A stretch of DNA of 64,000 nucleotides from an uncultured delta proteobacterium (GTDB lineage: Bacteria; Desulfobacterota; Binatia; UBA9968). The notes under the pieces were generated by a model. The model saw only the letters and a list, made by a program, of their open reading frames with translations. It was not told the DNA's origin and ran no database searches. The translations under genes were made by a program, and so were the position numbers. Shown here one piece after another: positions 51,521 to 62,357 of the stretch (the first letter of the stretch is position 1; each line of letters starts with the position of its first letter). The stretch is taken from the NCBI GenBank assembly GCA_963737905.1, contig CAVTUQ010000007.1, positions 423,678 to 487,677 of the forward strand, read 5' to 3'.

Positions 51521-51747
51521 CGTTACCTCCCAAAATTAGCCCAGGGAACCTCATCATTTCACAGCGCTAGCCGGTCGGACATGACTATTATAACTACGGG
51601 CAGTCGAAATCTACAGCCGACCCTATGCCGCGAAGCGAACGTCGAAGCAACCCGGTTAAACGACTTGACGGGTTCAATATCAAATAAACGAAGCGGTTCG
51701 ACAACTGAACAGCTTCAACGATTTCAACGGGGCGGAACCGACCCAAG

Positions 51748-52035
51748 AGTTACTTTGAACTCTTGAACCTTGAACTTTGAACCGCCGCAAGGCTTTGACA
51801 GAGCAAAGCGATTGAACTGATAGATCGGGTCAGGCGTCTGGAACGTTTGGAACAGGCGCAAGCCAAAATAGTCCTGAGGTTTATGAAAGATCGTCGCGCG
51901 ACCATTTCCTCGGTTGATCACGTGATAAACAAAACCAGCTTGCAGCCCACGCGGGATTCTCGGCATCAGCAGCGTCTATCACACCGCTACATGCGATCGC
52001 AACGGAAGAAAAGTAGCCTGTCCCCCTTTATTCCC
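51748..52035 (-). repeat. repeat module B (copy of 47688-47980)
   Basis: Same GAAC array, same RAYT1 5' fragment, same end motif. Confidence 0.9.
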
Positions 52036-52131
52036 TGCTGGCTCCCAAGGCTTCCGCTTGTTGCGAACCAAAAAGGAAACCCGCGCAAGATTTTCCCGTA
52101 TCGACATGAAGCGGGATTTGTCTTGGCGTAA

Positions 52132-52371
52132 CTACACAAGTCCAGATTTGACAGCCAATCTTGATCTTGACCCTGTCATCGCCTCGACACGATTTGCCTT
52201 AGCGGCTTTTTTCGCCGGTTCCATTTTCACAGCGGGAAGCCCCAATCTCCTCGCTGCCCGCGCACATGAAGGGCATACAAGCATATTGAGCAGAACAACG
52301 CCTCCGTCTTCCGTGGTGACGTGATACAGTGTTTTTGTAAAGTGGGTGCAGCGCCGACAAACAAACTCCAT
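52132..52371 (-). CDS. small CxxC..CxxC zinc-binding protein
   Basis: CRRC..YHVTTEDGGVVLLNMLVCPSC..ARRLGL; AAGGAG RBS; paralogue of 61246-61440. Confidence 0.7.
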   Translation of the reverse strand: MEFVCRRCTHFTKTLYHVTTEDGGVVLLNMLVCPSCARAARRLGLPAVKMEPAKKAAKANRVEAMTGSRSRLAVKSGLV

Positions 52372-52531
52372 GGTCTATCTCCTTGCGATTTGAAGTGCGA
52401 ACGTATTTTAAAACAAGCCGATAAAAAAACTTCCGTGACAAACGTAAATGTTAAACTCGCAACAGCAAAACGCAAGAAAAAATTCTCTCAATTGCGTGCT
52501 TCGGTGAAAATAATTTTCCGTGACTTCTCGG

Positions 52532-52567
52532 TTATCCACACCTGTCTGTGTACAACTTGTGCATAAC
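52532..52567. promoter_or_regulatory. cluster of DnaA-box-like sites
   Basis: TTATCCACA (52532), TGTGTACAA, TGTGCATAA within 36 bp. Confidence 0.5.
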
Positions 52568-53240
52568 CGCTGCACGACCCAGCATACCGCCCGCTCCCTA
52601 ACATTGCCTATAACATCAGCAACAAAATCATAGAACTATGCGTATTGTGGTTATCTAGACTAGAGCGGCGCCAACTTTACACCGAAACTCGCCGTTCCAA
52701 CGAGTCCGGAAGTTTCGTTGGCCGGCACAATAAATTGTGGGCTGCTGGATGAAATAGAAGTTCGAACCCACAAAACTGCTTGTGAGCATTGAGAGGAGCC
52801 GAAGCTGGTAGTTACTGTCCAGATGACCGCACGACAACGAAGTAGTCGAGCGCGAAAAAATTTAGCTAGAGACTTTTGAATATAACCAAGACAAGTATAT
52901 CCAGCATCGACACTAGCGGAAGGGAGAATACTCAAGATAGATTTTATCAGTAGATCAAGCGGAACACGGACAAACTCGAAGCGGGTCGGGAACTGGCGCG
53001 TTAGTCGCTCAAAACGTCATGGGTTGGAAAAGTGTCGACCGGCTGGACATCGGCAAAGCTGGTAAACGCGATCAGTATCCGGCAAGCCGGACAAGCTCGG
53101 CCGCTGGCACTCCGCCGATGTGCGGCACTACTCGACGAATTCCGCCGGCCCTAGCTCATAGCGCCTGGAATGGACCTTGTGCTTTGGGAAAGATACGTGA
53201 AAGAACTCTCGTACCCCACATCGCCCACAACCACGAAACC

Positions 53241-54386
53241 CTACGCCTTCGGATACGTCGGCACCATTTCCGGACGATAAACCCACTGCTTGAGCGGTCT
53301 GCCCTCTTTGAGATTTCTCAGCTCCCGCTCCCAAATCTTGCGCAGTAGAAACACGCCGCGGTCGCTGCGGCCGAGGTGTTCGTTGCCGCGCGGGGCGATC
53401 GCGCCTTGACCGGTCTGCGCGACTTCGTCTTCGAGCATGACGAAGTCGACGCGATTCGGATCGATATCGTCGAGCCTAAGTTTTCCCGCAAGGATGGCTC
53501 GGACTAACTCCGGCCGATCCAGTTCCGCCTTTGTCCGCATCTCCCGCCGTTCTTGGATCCATACCCGTCCGCGCTCTCCTGTGAGCGGGATGGCGCGCAC
53601 CTCGAAGTGAATATGGCGTTCATCGTCTACCGGAACTTTAAATAACATCACATCGGCCCGCTTGATCTCCGGATCAACCACCTGACCGTTGGTATAGTTG
53701 ATGTTGGGCATGCCGAAAAAAACGGTGACTTCCTTGCCGTCGGGATATTTTGCATGGCGCTCGACGCCCCACTCGGATTCTTCGACGGTAATCGTCGGAT
53801 CGCCCAACACGATATGATCTTGCACCGAATCGCGGTGGCGCCGGTGCACGAAGCGCACATGCGCGCTATCCAATGAATTCTCGACATTGTTGAAGTAGTT
53901 GCAGATCCGTCTGAGTCCAGCGACATCGAGGGAGATATCGGCGCTTTCCATCTTGGGGTAACGCGGCAACGGCGGCGGCTCGCCCTCGCCAAAATAGGCG
54001 AAAATCAGGCCGAGGTATTCTTGCACCGGATAAGCAGGCACGCGGACCTTTGGCGCAAAGGGTTCCGCTTCGGCTGGCTGCTCAATGCATCGTCCCGCGC
54101 CATCGTATTTCCAACCGTGATAGAAACAGCGGATAAAGTCGCCCTCGACCCACCCGGCGGAGAGCTGTGCGCCGCGGTGGGCGCAGCGATAGCCGACTAA
54201 ATGCGCCGCGCCGCTCTCGCCGCGATAGAGCGTAAACTCTTCATCCATGATCCGAATCGGCAGCGCTTGGGCAACCGAAAGCTCATGGGAGCAACAAACC
54301 GGCTGCCAGAACATCCGCAGGTAACGCCCGGCAAGAGTTCCAGGTCCGGTGTGAACGAAATCGTCAAAATTCATCGCCGGCGCCAT
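53241..54386 (-). CDS. Rieske non-heme iron oxygenase alpha subunit (phthalate dioxygenase/LigX-like), copy 1
   Basis: GPGTLAGRYLR..W, CAHRG..CFYHGW, ENSLDSAHVRFVH, EHLGRSDRG. Confidence 0.92.
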   Translation of the reverse strand: MAPAMNFDDFVHTGPGTLAGRYLRMFWQPVCCSHELSVAQALPIRIMDEEFTLYRGESGAAHLVGYRCAHRGAQLSAGWVEGDFIRCFYHGWKYDGAGRCIEQPAEAEPFAPKVRVPAYPVQEYLGLIFAYFGEGEPPPLPRYPKMESADISLDVAGLRRICNYFNNVENSLDSAHVRFVHRRHRDSVQDHIVLGDPTITVEESEWGVERHAKYPDGKEVTVFFGMPNINYTNGQVVDPEIKRADVMLFKVPVDDERHIHFEVRAIPLTGERGRVWIQERREMRTKAELDRPELVRAILAGKLRLDDIDPNRVDFVMLEDEVAQTGQGAIAPRGNEHLGRSDRGVFLLRKIWERELRNLKEGRPLKQWVYRPEMVPTYPKA

Positions 54387-54526
54387 AATAGTTTATCCCG
54401 AGCGGGATTGTCCAGTGAATGTATTGGGCCACCATGTTTTGTTTGAGGGTCGCTGGCAGGGTCAGGCCTTGCAGCAGCGTATTTTCAACTGCTCGCTTCA
54501 GATTCCTTCAACCGATGGCAGGGGTC

Positions 54527-54582
54527 TATCACACAGCCGCCTGCGATAGCCACGGGGAAAAAGTAGCCTGTCCCCTTTATTC
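54527..54582 (-). repeat. RAYT1 element-end motif (copy E)
   Basis: TCTATCACAC..TGCGAT..ACGGGG-AAAAAGTAGCCTGTCCCCTTTATTC. Confidence 0.85.
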
Positions 54583-54800
54583 CCCCAGCGTTTACATACG
54601 TGCTTGAGGTGTAGATTGCAGGCAACCGTTTCTTGGCAGCAAGTTCCACGATCTGCTTTTGATTGGCGACGAATAGTCCGGTCGGATCCGCCGTCATGGT
54701 GAGAGCGTTGGCACGCGCCTTGGTCGCCCGTTCGAACGCCCTTGCCAAATCATTGGCAGCCGGCACCTCCATGATGTGAAGCTGGATCTGCAGGTAAGGG
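54583..54800 (-). pseudogene. internal fragment of a PF04392-like ABC binding protein
   Basis: LQIQLHIMEV..QIVELAAKKRLPAIY..YVNAGG is cut exactly at the element-end motif. Confidence 0.8.
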
Positions 54801-55018
54801 GCCGCGGCCGGGAATCTACATTGAGGATTAATAATCCTCGTGTCGCCGGATTCAATTGCACTCGTTTTCATCTCTGGTCTTTTTTAGGCGTGGGTCCACA
54901 GCGCGATTTTCACCAAACACTTGTGCGATTGACTACTCGCCGGTCCGGCGATATAGCTCCCGTCACAGAAAAAGGGTGTTTAAAATTCCTATACGTACCA
55001 CTGAGCGAGCACGAACAC

Positions 55019-56248
55019 ATGGACATCGTGATCATCGGCGGCGGCATCGGCGGGCTCACACTCGCGCTCTCCCTGCACCTGCGCGGCATCCCCTGCCGCG
55101 TGTACGAGAGCGCGCCGGAGGTGAAGGAGCTGGGCGTGGGCATCACGCTGCTGCCCCACGGCATGCGCGAGCTAACCGCGCTCGGCCTCGGGGAGGCACT
55201 GGCGACCCAGGGGATCGAGAACCGCGATAGCTGCTTCTTCAATCGCTTCGGCCAGCTCATCTACGCCGAGCCGTGCGGCCGGGCCGCGGGCTACCCGGTC
55301 CCCGAGGTCGGCATCCACCGCGGCCGGTTGCATCTGACCCTCTGGCGCGCCGCGATGGAGCGGCTCGGCGCGGCCAGTGTCCTCACTGATCACCAGTGTA
55401 TCGGGCTCGACCAGAACACCCGGGACGTGACGCTGTACTTCCGATCGACCGCGACCGGCGCGACGCGCGCGTCCGTTACCGCCGACATCGTGATCGCGTG
55501 CGACGGGGTGAACTCAGCCGTGCGCCGCCAGTTCTACCCGGGCGAGGAGCTCTGCTTCGGCGGCATCAATACCTGGCGCGGGGTCACGCGCGCCAAGCCC
55601 TTCCTGACCGGCCGCAGCTACGTGCGCATCGGCTCGATCCAGTCCGGCAATCTCGTGATCTATCCGATCGTGGACGATGTGGACGGGCAGGGGCAGCAGC
55701 TCATCAACTGGACCGCACAGGTCGCGCAGCCCGGCTACGAACGGAACGATTGGAACAAGCCGGGCCGGCTCGAGGACTTCCTGCCCATCTTCGCCGGCTG
55801 GACGTTCCACTGGCTCGACGTGCCCGACCTGCTCCGGCGCTCCGACGTCATCTTCGAGTACCCCATGGTGGACCGGGAGCCGGTCGATCGCTGGACATTC
55901 GGGCGCGTCACCCTGCTGGGCGACGCCGCGCACCCGATGTACCCGCGCGGCTCCAACGGCGCGGCCCAGGCCATCCTCGACGCGCGCACGCTCGCCGATT
56001 GCCTGGCCGCGGGGGGCGACCCCTTGGCCGCGCTCTCCGCCTACGAGGCCGTGCGCTCGGGCCCGACGGCCCGGGTCGTGCGCACCAACCGCGAGCATCC
56101 GCCGGACTACCTCATCCGCCGCGTGGAGGAGCTGGTGGGCGATGCGCCCTTCGACGATCTCGATCGCTACATCACCCGCGCCGAGCTCCAACGGCTCTCG
56201 GACAAGTACAAGCGCATCACCGGCTTCGCCCCGGAGCACGTGACGTAG
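55019..56248 (+). CDS. FAD-dependent monooxygenase (flavin-dependent oxidoreductase)
   Basis: IIGGGIGG, DGVNSAVR, LLGDAAHPMYPRGSNGAAQAILDA; visibly high GC. Confidence 0.92.
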   Translation: MDIVIIGGGIGGLTLALSLHLRGIPCRVYESAPEVKELGVGITLLPHGMRELTALGLGEALATQGIENRDSCFFNRFGQLIYAEPCGRAAGYPVPEVGIHRGRLHLTLWRAAMERLGAASVLTDHQCIGLDQNTRDVTLYFRSTATGATRASVTADIVIACDGVNSAVRRQFYPGEELCFGGINTWRGVTRAKPFLTGRSYVRIGSIQSGNLVIYPIVDDVDGQGQQLINWTAQVAQPGYERNDWNKPGRLEDFLPIFAGWTFHWLDVPDLLRRSDVIFEYPMVDREPVDRWTFGRVTLLGDAAHPMYPRGSNGAAQAILDARTLADCLAAGGDPLAALSAYEAVRSGPTARVVRTNREHPPDYLIRRVEELVGDAPFDDLDRYITRAELQRLSDKYKRITGFAPEHVT

Positions 56249-56450
56249 AGCTCGCCGCGGGGCAGCCTCAGCTTGCCGGGTGGCGCTATATCTCCTGATC
56301 AGATCCCAGATCGACGCGTGCCAGGCATATCTCACAGGATTTGTTCGATGGAGAATTCAGTTCAATGCTGAGTGAAAACCGGGATTTTTGGTCAATAAGA
56401 TAACTCACATCTCCCGTTGCTATTATGCAAGTTTGCGCTCGCGAGAGCCA

Positions 56451-59400
56451 TCAGCCCAACTCCTTCAACTCCGCTTCAGCACTTTCCAGCCACAATCCCA
56501 TTTCCATCTGCCGCATCAGCGCGACGCCTTTGTGGAGATGCTCCTTCGCCAGTGGCAAATTACCGCTTCGCCGATAAAGTTTTTCCAGACCAACGTGGCA
56601 ATGCGCGATGAGCGGGCGCATGCCGAGTTCTTCAGCGAGGGTGAGAGCTTGGTGATAGTGGTTTTCCGCCTTCCCGATATCAAGCGGATCTTCGCACGCC
56701 GCGATCTCGCCAAAGAGCCGAAGAGTGTACGCCTCGTATCCTCTCTCTTTGTGCTGACGGGCGAGACCCAGGGCGCGCTGAGCGGCGGCACGGGCATCCG
56801 CTTCCCGCCCGGCCAACAGATGCGCTTCGCTCAACGAGATGGTCCGCAGTGATTTGCCCTCCACGGTCCCGGTCACGGCGGGGCGCTCGACGGCCTCCTC
56901 CAGCAGGGGAATTGCCTCAGCACTGCGTCCAGAGAGCGCATAGGCGTAGCCTAGGGTGGAACTCACTGCGTGAAAGAGAGGCGGGCTGTCCACTCCCTGA
57001 CAGACCTCCAGGGCGTGTTCGAGCGCGAGAGTCGCCTGGTGAAGATCCCCCCGCCCGAGATGCAGAAGACCCATCGCTCGATACGTCACGGTAACGCTGT
57101 AAGGAAGGCCGGCCGTCTCCGCTATGTGGATGGCTTCTGTGCAAGGGGCAACGGCTTCGATGAACTCCCCGCGCTCAGCCAGCGCTAAGGCTAGCGAGCT
57201 CCGGGAGAACGCGAAGGGTAGACCCAGTCCTCCAAAGCGCTCACGAACCACTGGGCTGTCGAGGGGCACCAGGTTGCGTCTGTGCGACTCTATTGCCTGA
57301 TGATAATTCCCCAAGCAATAGTACGCCCATCCGAGAAATTGAGTTGTCAGAACCTCCAGACCGTAATCGTCTAGGGTTCTGGCCACTGCGATTGCCCGTT
57401 CACAAGCCGTGACGGCTTGTTCATACTCACCCTGTGCCAAGAGCTCTCTCGCTATGAACACACTAACCCGCGCCAACCGGCGTTGATCTCCTAAAGCATT
57501 TGCCAGAGCTTCGGCTACGCGCAGGTGTTCAAGAGCCGCTCGCGTTCTCCGAGCGGCGACAGCGAGACACGGAGGTTGAAGTGTAGATCGACAGCCTGTT
57601 CGCGCATCTCGCGACTCTCGGGCAGATGCCCTAGAGCAGTCAGTGCTTGCTCGAAGTATGATGCCGCTTCTCGAAACGCCGAGCGGGCATCCGCCTTGGC
57701 GCCGGCCTGGCGGAGATAGGTCAGGGCTTTATCCCATACCTCCCCCCTCGCCGCGTGATGCGCGAGGCGCTCGACCTGCTCGATCAGCCGATCGGGATAT
57801 AGCGTCTCGATGGCTTCCACGATCTTCGCGTGCAGGGCGCGCTGGCGCTCGTGGAGAAGGCTTCCGTACGCCACTTCGTGGGTGAGCGCGTGCTTGAAAG
57901 TGTATTCCAGATCAGGAAACAGACTCGTCTCGTAAAGGAACTCCGCCGCTTGGAGATGGGTAAGGCTGCGGCGGAGTTCCTCGTCAGATAACTCGGTGAT
58001 GGCCTGCAGGAGGGAGAAGGGAACATCCTTGCCGATGACCGCGGCTGATTGCAGGAGCTGCTTTTCCTCAAGCGGGAGCCGGTCAATGCGCGCGGCAAGC
58101 ACGGCTTGAACCGTAGCCGGCACCTGGGTGCTCTCCACCTTTTTCTCCAGATGATAATTCCCTCGCTCGCCCGCCAGAACTTTTGTCTCCACCAGGGTTC
58201 GAACACTCTCCTCAAGGAAAAAAGGGTTCCCCTCGGTGCGTTCGATCAAAAGCTGCTTCGAGGGACTGAAGTCCGTGGTCATTCCCGAGAACTGAATCAA
58301 GAATCTCCCCGGCGCTTTCGGGCGGTAGCGGATCAAGCCGCAGTTGGGTGTAGTAAGTCTTGTTGGCCCAACCATGCTGGTATTCTGGACGATAGTTGAC
58401 CAGGAGGAGCAGCCTCGCCGTCGGGAGACTTTCCACCAAGCTCTCCAGCATCGCCTGGGTCTCGGAGTCGATCCAGTGAAGATCCTCGAATAGCAGGATC
58501 AGAGGCTGGACCTGACTCTCTCGAAGCAACAGCCGCTTGACCGCGCCAAGAGTCTGCTGGCGGCGTTGGGAAGGATCGAGCGCCTGCCACATGCGGGTCA
58601 TCAACAGGCACATCTAAAAGTGCCAGGAAGGCCGGTAGCGTGGACTCCAGAGATTTATCCAAGGTCAGCAGCTTGCCGGTAACCTTCTCGCGAATTTCGC
58701 GCTGATCGTCGCGGTCCTGAATTTTAAAGTAGGCTTTGAGAAGATCGATGACCGGCAAATAGGGCGTGGCTTTGCCATAGGAGACCGAGCCGCTTTCGAG
58801 AATCAGCCACCCCTGGGTTCGATGCGAGTGGATGAACTCGAAGAACAGCCGTGACTTACCCAGACCAGGTTCTCCTACTACACCGACCACCTGACCATGG
58901 TCTGAGCGCGCTTGTTCAAGTGCTTTTCGAAGCTGCTCGGTTTCAGCATCGCGTCCGACAAAGCGAGTCAATCCGCGCGCGGCCGCGGCTTGCAGGCGAG
59001 AGCGTGTGGCTCCAACTCCCGTAACCTCATAAACTTCCACCGGCTCAGTTAATCCCTTGACGTTGACGGGGCCAAGTGACTTCACCTGCACATAACCTTC
59101 GGCCAGTCGAAGCGTACCGGCGTAATCAAAATCGATCCCGGCGTCGCCATCTGCTCCATGCGCGCAGCCAGATGGGTCGTCTGGCCAACCGCTGTGTAGT
59201 CCATCTTCAAGTCGCTGCCGATGGAGCGCGACCACTACTTCTCCGGAGTTCAAACCCACTCTTATCTGGATGGGAACACCCTCGGTCCGCCTCACTCCTT
59301 CAGCGTAGCGTTTCACCGACTCCTGCATTCTGAGCGCCGCATAGCAGGCCCGCACCGCATGATCTTCATGGGCCAGCGGCGCACCAAATAGCGCCATGAT

Positions 59401-59828
59401 CCCGTCGCCCATCACATTGTTGACTGTCCCTCATACCGATGCACTGCCTCCATCATGTGTTCGAGGATTGGGTCAAGGAGTTTTCGCGCGTCCTCAGGGT
59501 CGCGATCGGCGAGAAACTCCATCGAACCCTTCATGTCAGCAAACAAAACCGTTACCTGCTTGCGCTCCCCTTCAAGAGCGTTTTTTGAAATGAGAATTTT
59601 TTCGGCGAGGTGCCTGGGAGTGTACGCTTCGACCGAACCGAACTTTCCTGCGGTTACCAGCGCTGTCGGGGCAGCTTCGAGCAGTCGCTGTCCGCACTTC
59701 TTGCAAAACTTCGCGCCGAGCCGGGTTGCTCCACCGCAATTTGGGCAGACAACTTCAAGCCGAGAGCCGCAGTTCTCACAGAATACGGCGTCGCCTGGAT
59801 TTTGGGCCTGGCAATGAAGGCAGTTCAT
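56451..59828 (-). CDS. double zinc ribbon + class III adenylate/guanylate cyclase + AAA ATPase + TPR protein (several frameshifts)
   Basis: CxxC repeats, GERKQVTVLFAD, GDGIMALFGAP, GEPGLGKSR, FEDLHWID, YTFKHALT, TPR tail. Confidence 0.88.
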
Positions 59829-60039
59829 ATCGATGTCCCAAGTTGTCGAGTCGAAATGTTAAAGACAGTGCCGCTAACTTAGTCCCTGGGAGGTGACAGC
59901 GTCAAGAACAGCAATATCGGCTAGGATTGAACTGAACGACGCCTCAGACCTATCTCGCACTGGGAGCCTGGCGCGTGGCGTGGATTTGCGATATGGCGCA
60001 CCGGGAGATCATTCATGGCAAACAGCTTCGGCTATCGCT

Positions 60040-60275
60040 GGCGAGCACGGACAGACCGAAGCGTTTTTTTGCCTCGAAACGCCAGTGCAAATAACGGCGC
60101 CGATCGTGCATTCCGTTAGTTCCTTAGAGTTGAAAGTTCGGATCGACTTGCTCTTTCCTTGAACTCTTGAACCTTGAACTTTGAACCGCCGCAAGGCTTT
60201 GAACGAAGCGAAGCGGTTGAACGACTGGAACGATTGGAACTCGTCTCCGTTTGGGTAAGTGATGTGCCAAGCCAA
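60040..60275 (-). repeat. repeat module C: RAYT2 fragments split by the GAAC array
   Basis: WHIT remnant (about 60255-60270), GAAC module, then DRRRYLHWRFEAKKRFGLSV; shared with 62290-62490. Confidence 0.8.
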
Positions 60276-60467
60276 CGCGGTTCTGTCTAAAAAAGTGGAC
60301 AATCAATGAAAGAAAAATTAGGGGCCGAGCGTGATTGGTCGATCTTTCAAAGTACGAAAGGAAACCTGACCTGCAAACGGCTAGACCGAAGCCTAGTTTG
60401 ATGCTCGCCGCCGCTGACTATGGGTTGAAAGATTATCATTGAGAACCGAAGGGGGAATGCCTCAAAC

Positions 60468-60698
60468 TCAAGTCAGGCGGCCCGATTTGTCCCGCTCCTC
60501 AATGGCAAACTTGTAGGCCTCCCCAAAAGTCATCTTGTCCGCGTCTGGCAGGGCTGCTAACTCGGCCAGAAACCCAACAAACTCTTCCAGTGCAGCCTTC
60601 GCCTCGGGCGCTGTTAGTACAATAGGAATCCCGACCCGAATTGGGATGTGACCGATGGTATCGTACCACAGAACCGGCGTTCCTTTTTCGATTTCCAT
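60468..60698 (-). CDS. hypothetical protein
   Basis: MEIEKGTPVLWYD.. short ORF with plausible composition. Confidence 0.4.
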   Translation of the reverse strand: MEIEKGTPVLWYDTIGHIPIRVGIPIVLTAPEAKAALEEFVGFLAELAALPDADKMTFGEAYKFAIEERDKSGRLT

Positions 60699-61216
60699 GT
60701 GGATTACCCCTTCGCGAGTCAGGCTTCTGCATATCACCGGCCTTGACCTGGGCGCAAGGCGGAATTATGGACAGGCGGAATTATGGACAAGATTTTTCGT
60801 GGAAGCCGGACGGATGCGAAGACTTTGCGGAGCTGACCGAATAGTACAAAGCGACAAGTGAAACTAACACAGCAAATGCCGCTACGACCGCTGCTGCTGA
60901 GATGTACTGCCCTGAAGCCGCAGCTGAGATCGAAGAAGCGATCAGACCTTCTCGCACGTTACACTAACACGACAGAGCGCCCCGGAGTCTGCGAGCTACA
61001 AGGTCACGAGACAACGATTGTTGTAAGACTGCCCTGAAAGTGACGAGAGTTTGTAGATGATTGGCTTACAAAAACTTAGAACACGACCGGAATTTCCTTC
61101 ATCCATTACTACCGAATCGACGAGAGTCATTCCTTGTTTGGTCGACAAAATGCCTTCGTAATCCGTTAAAGGTTACGGATTTACCGATCCAATATTGGTG
61201 ACAATCACTCCCAATA

Positions 61217-61232
61217 TGGCATCTTGTTTGCC
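61217..61232 (+). promoter_or_regulatory. putative sigma54 promoter
   Basis: TGGCATCTTGTTTGCC (GG-N10-GC), about 14 nt before ATG 61246. Confidence 0.5.
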
Positions 61233-61245
61233 AGTGAAAGAAATC

Positions 61246-61440
61246 ATGAATCACACTTGTCAACATTGCGGCGAGTTGATTGTAGGTAACGCCTGGTTAC
61301 GAGTGCTTGATATGGTTGTTTGCTCCCTCTGTTTTATGGAAGCAAAGAGACTTCACCTTCATGCAGAGGAAATCAATATTGAAAGCAAACATCCTTCACC
61401 TCGAAACCGGCGGAGTCACCAGTCTCGACTCGGCATTTAA
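61246..61440 (+). CDS. small CxxC..CxxC protein, paralogue of 52132-52371
   Basis: MNHTCQHC..VLDMVVCSLC..AKRLHL. Confidence 0.6.
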   Translation: MNHTCQHCGELIVGNAWLRVLDMVVCSLCFMEAKRLHLHAEEINIESKHPSPRNRRSHQSRLGI

Positions 61441-61590
61441 TTGAAGCGCCTGGCTCTCCGGTATTATTTGGCTGACCTCCGATTCGCCACGTTGTGGCTT
61501 GCGGTAGTGATAGTTGGGTTCGCAGTCTCGTTTTACGTCTTACCGCGTGGCGTAATTTGGTTCGTGAGTGCGCTGCTCTTCTAATCCTGG

Positions 61591-62355
61591 GAACCCGTGT
61601 TTCGTGGGTCGGACCACGCTATCTACCTGGGTTTTCGAGGCTTTCATTCCACGGAAGCGTATTCTCCGAGCTTAGAGCCTTGTTTTCCCCAGTCAAATTG
61701 CGAGTGTAAGCTTCACTGGGCTCGCGCAGCGCATACGTTCCGTCTGCTTCCAGCACTTCCCGATGCGCGGCCTTGACGCCAAGATCGTTTTTGACCCTCT
61801 CAACAAAAGGCAAGCTCCCGACGGCGATCGCTTCAGACCAGCGATCATCGCGGAGCGCCAGCCGTTTTCCAGAGCTTGCTCAACCCATTGGCGGTGTGCT
61901 CTTTGAAAATCTCTCAGATCCGCAAACCCGCACAACCCGTCTAATCCTCAGGCTCTCACCTTGAACATTGAACTTGAACTTTGAACGATCGTTTATCTAA
62001 ACGTCTTGAACGGAGCGCTGCGGTTGCACGTTTGGAACAACTGGAAGGCTTCAGTATTCGCTAGCGCGAACCATATTTAAGTCAATGTACACGAGACAGC
62101 GATGCAGGTGCTCGTCGGCCTCAATTGCAGTGGCATGGTAGCGGTCCTCCCAAAACGCCCCGTGGCGCCCTTTGCGCTCGTTGTACTCCTGTGCCGTGCG
62201 GCCAGCAATGAACTGCATACTGTCGGCAATCACGTTTGGCCCGTGTCTTTGACCAAAAGATGAATGTGATTCGAGGTGACCATATAATCGAGCACGCAAA
62301 GACCGAAACGTTTTTTCGCCTTGAACAGCCAGTGCAGGTAGCGGCACCGATCGCG
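61591..62355 (-). pseudogene. RAYT type 2, central and C-terminal parts with terminal repeat
   Basis: YMVTSNHIHLL (HUH), GAFWEDRYHATAIE..YIDLNMVRA; interrupted at 61960-62050 by GAAC repeats; C-terminus ..WNESLENPGR* then GGTCCGACCC. Confidence 0.85.
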
Positions 62356-62357
62356 CA

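Noticed and set aside
45300-52100. Classical integron cassette array
   Set aside because: No tyrosine integrase and no convincing RYYYAAC...GTTRRRY attC sites after the genes.
55396-56335. Long overlapping ORFs on other frames (also 7667-8593, 8782-9717, 24753-25520, 37863-38897)
   Set aside because: Shadow ORFs of GC-rich genes with no recognisable motifs.
6480-59430. Many frameshifts (about 6495, 8650, 9068, 14085, 25525, 26450, 28440, 41900, and several in 57500-59430) read as programmed frameshifting or mass pseudogenisation
   Set aside because: They are isolated 1-bp indels in otherwise intact genes, without slippery sites or nonsense decay; long-read error is the simplest explanation.
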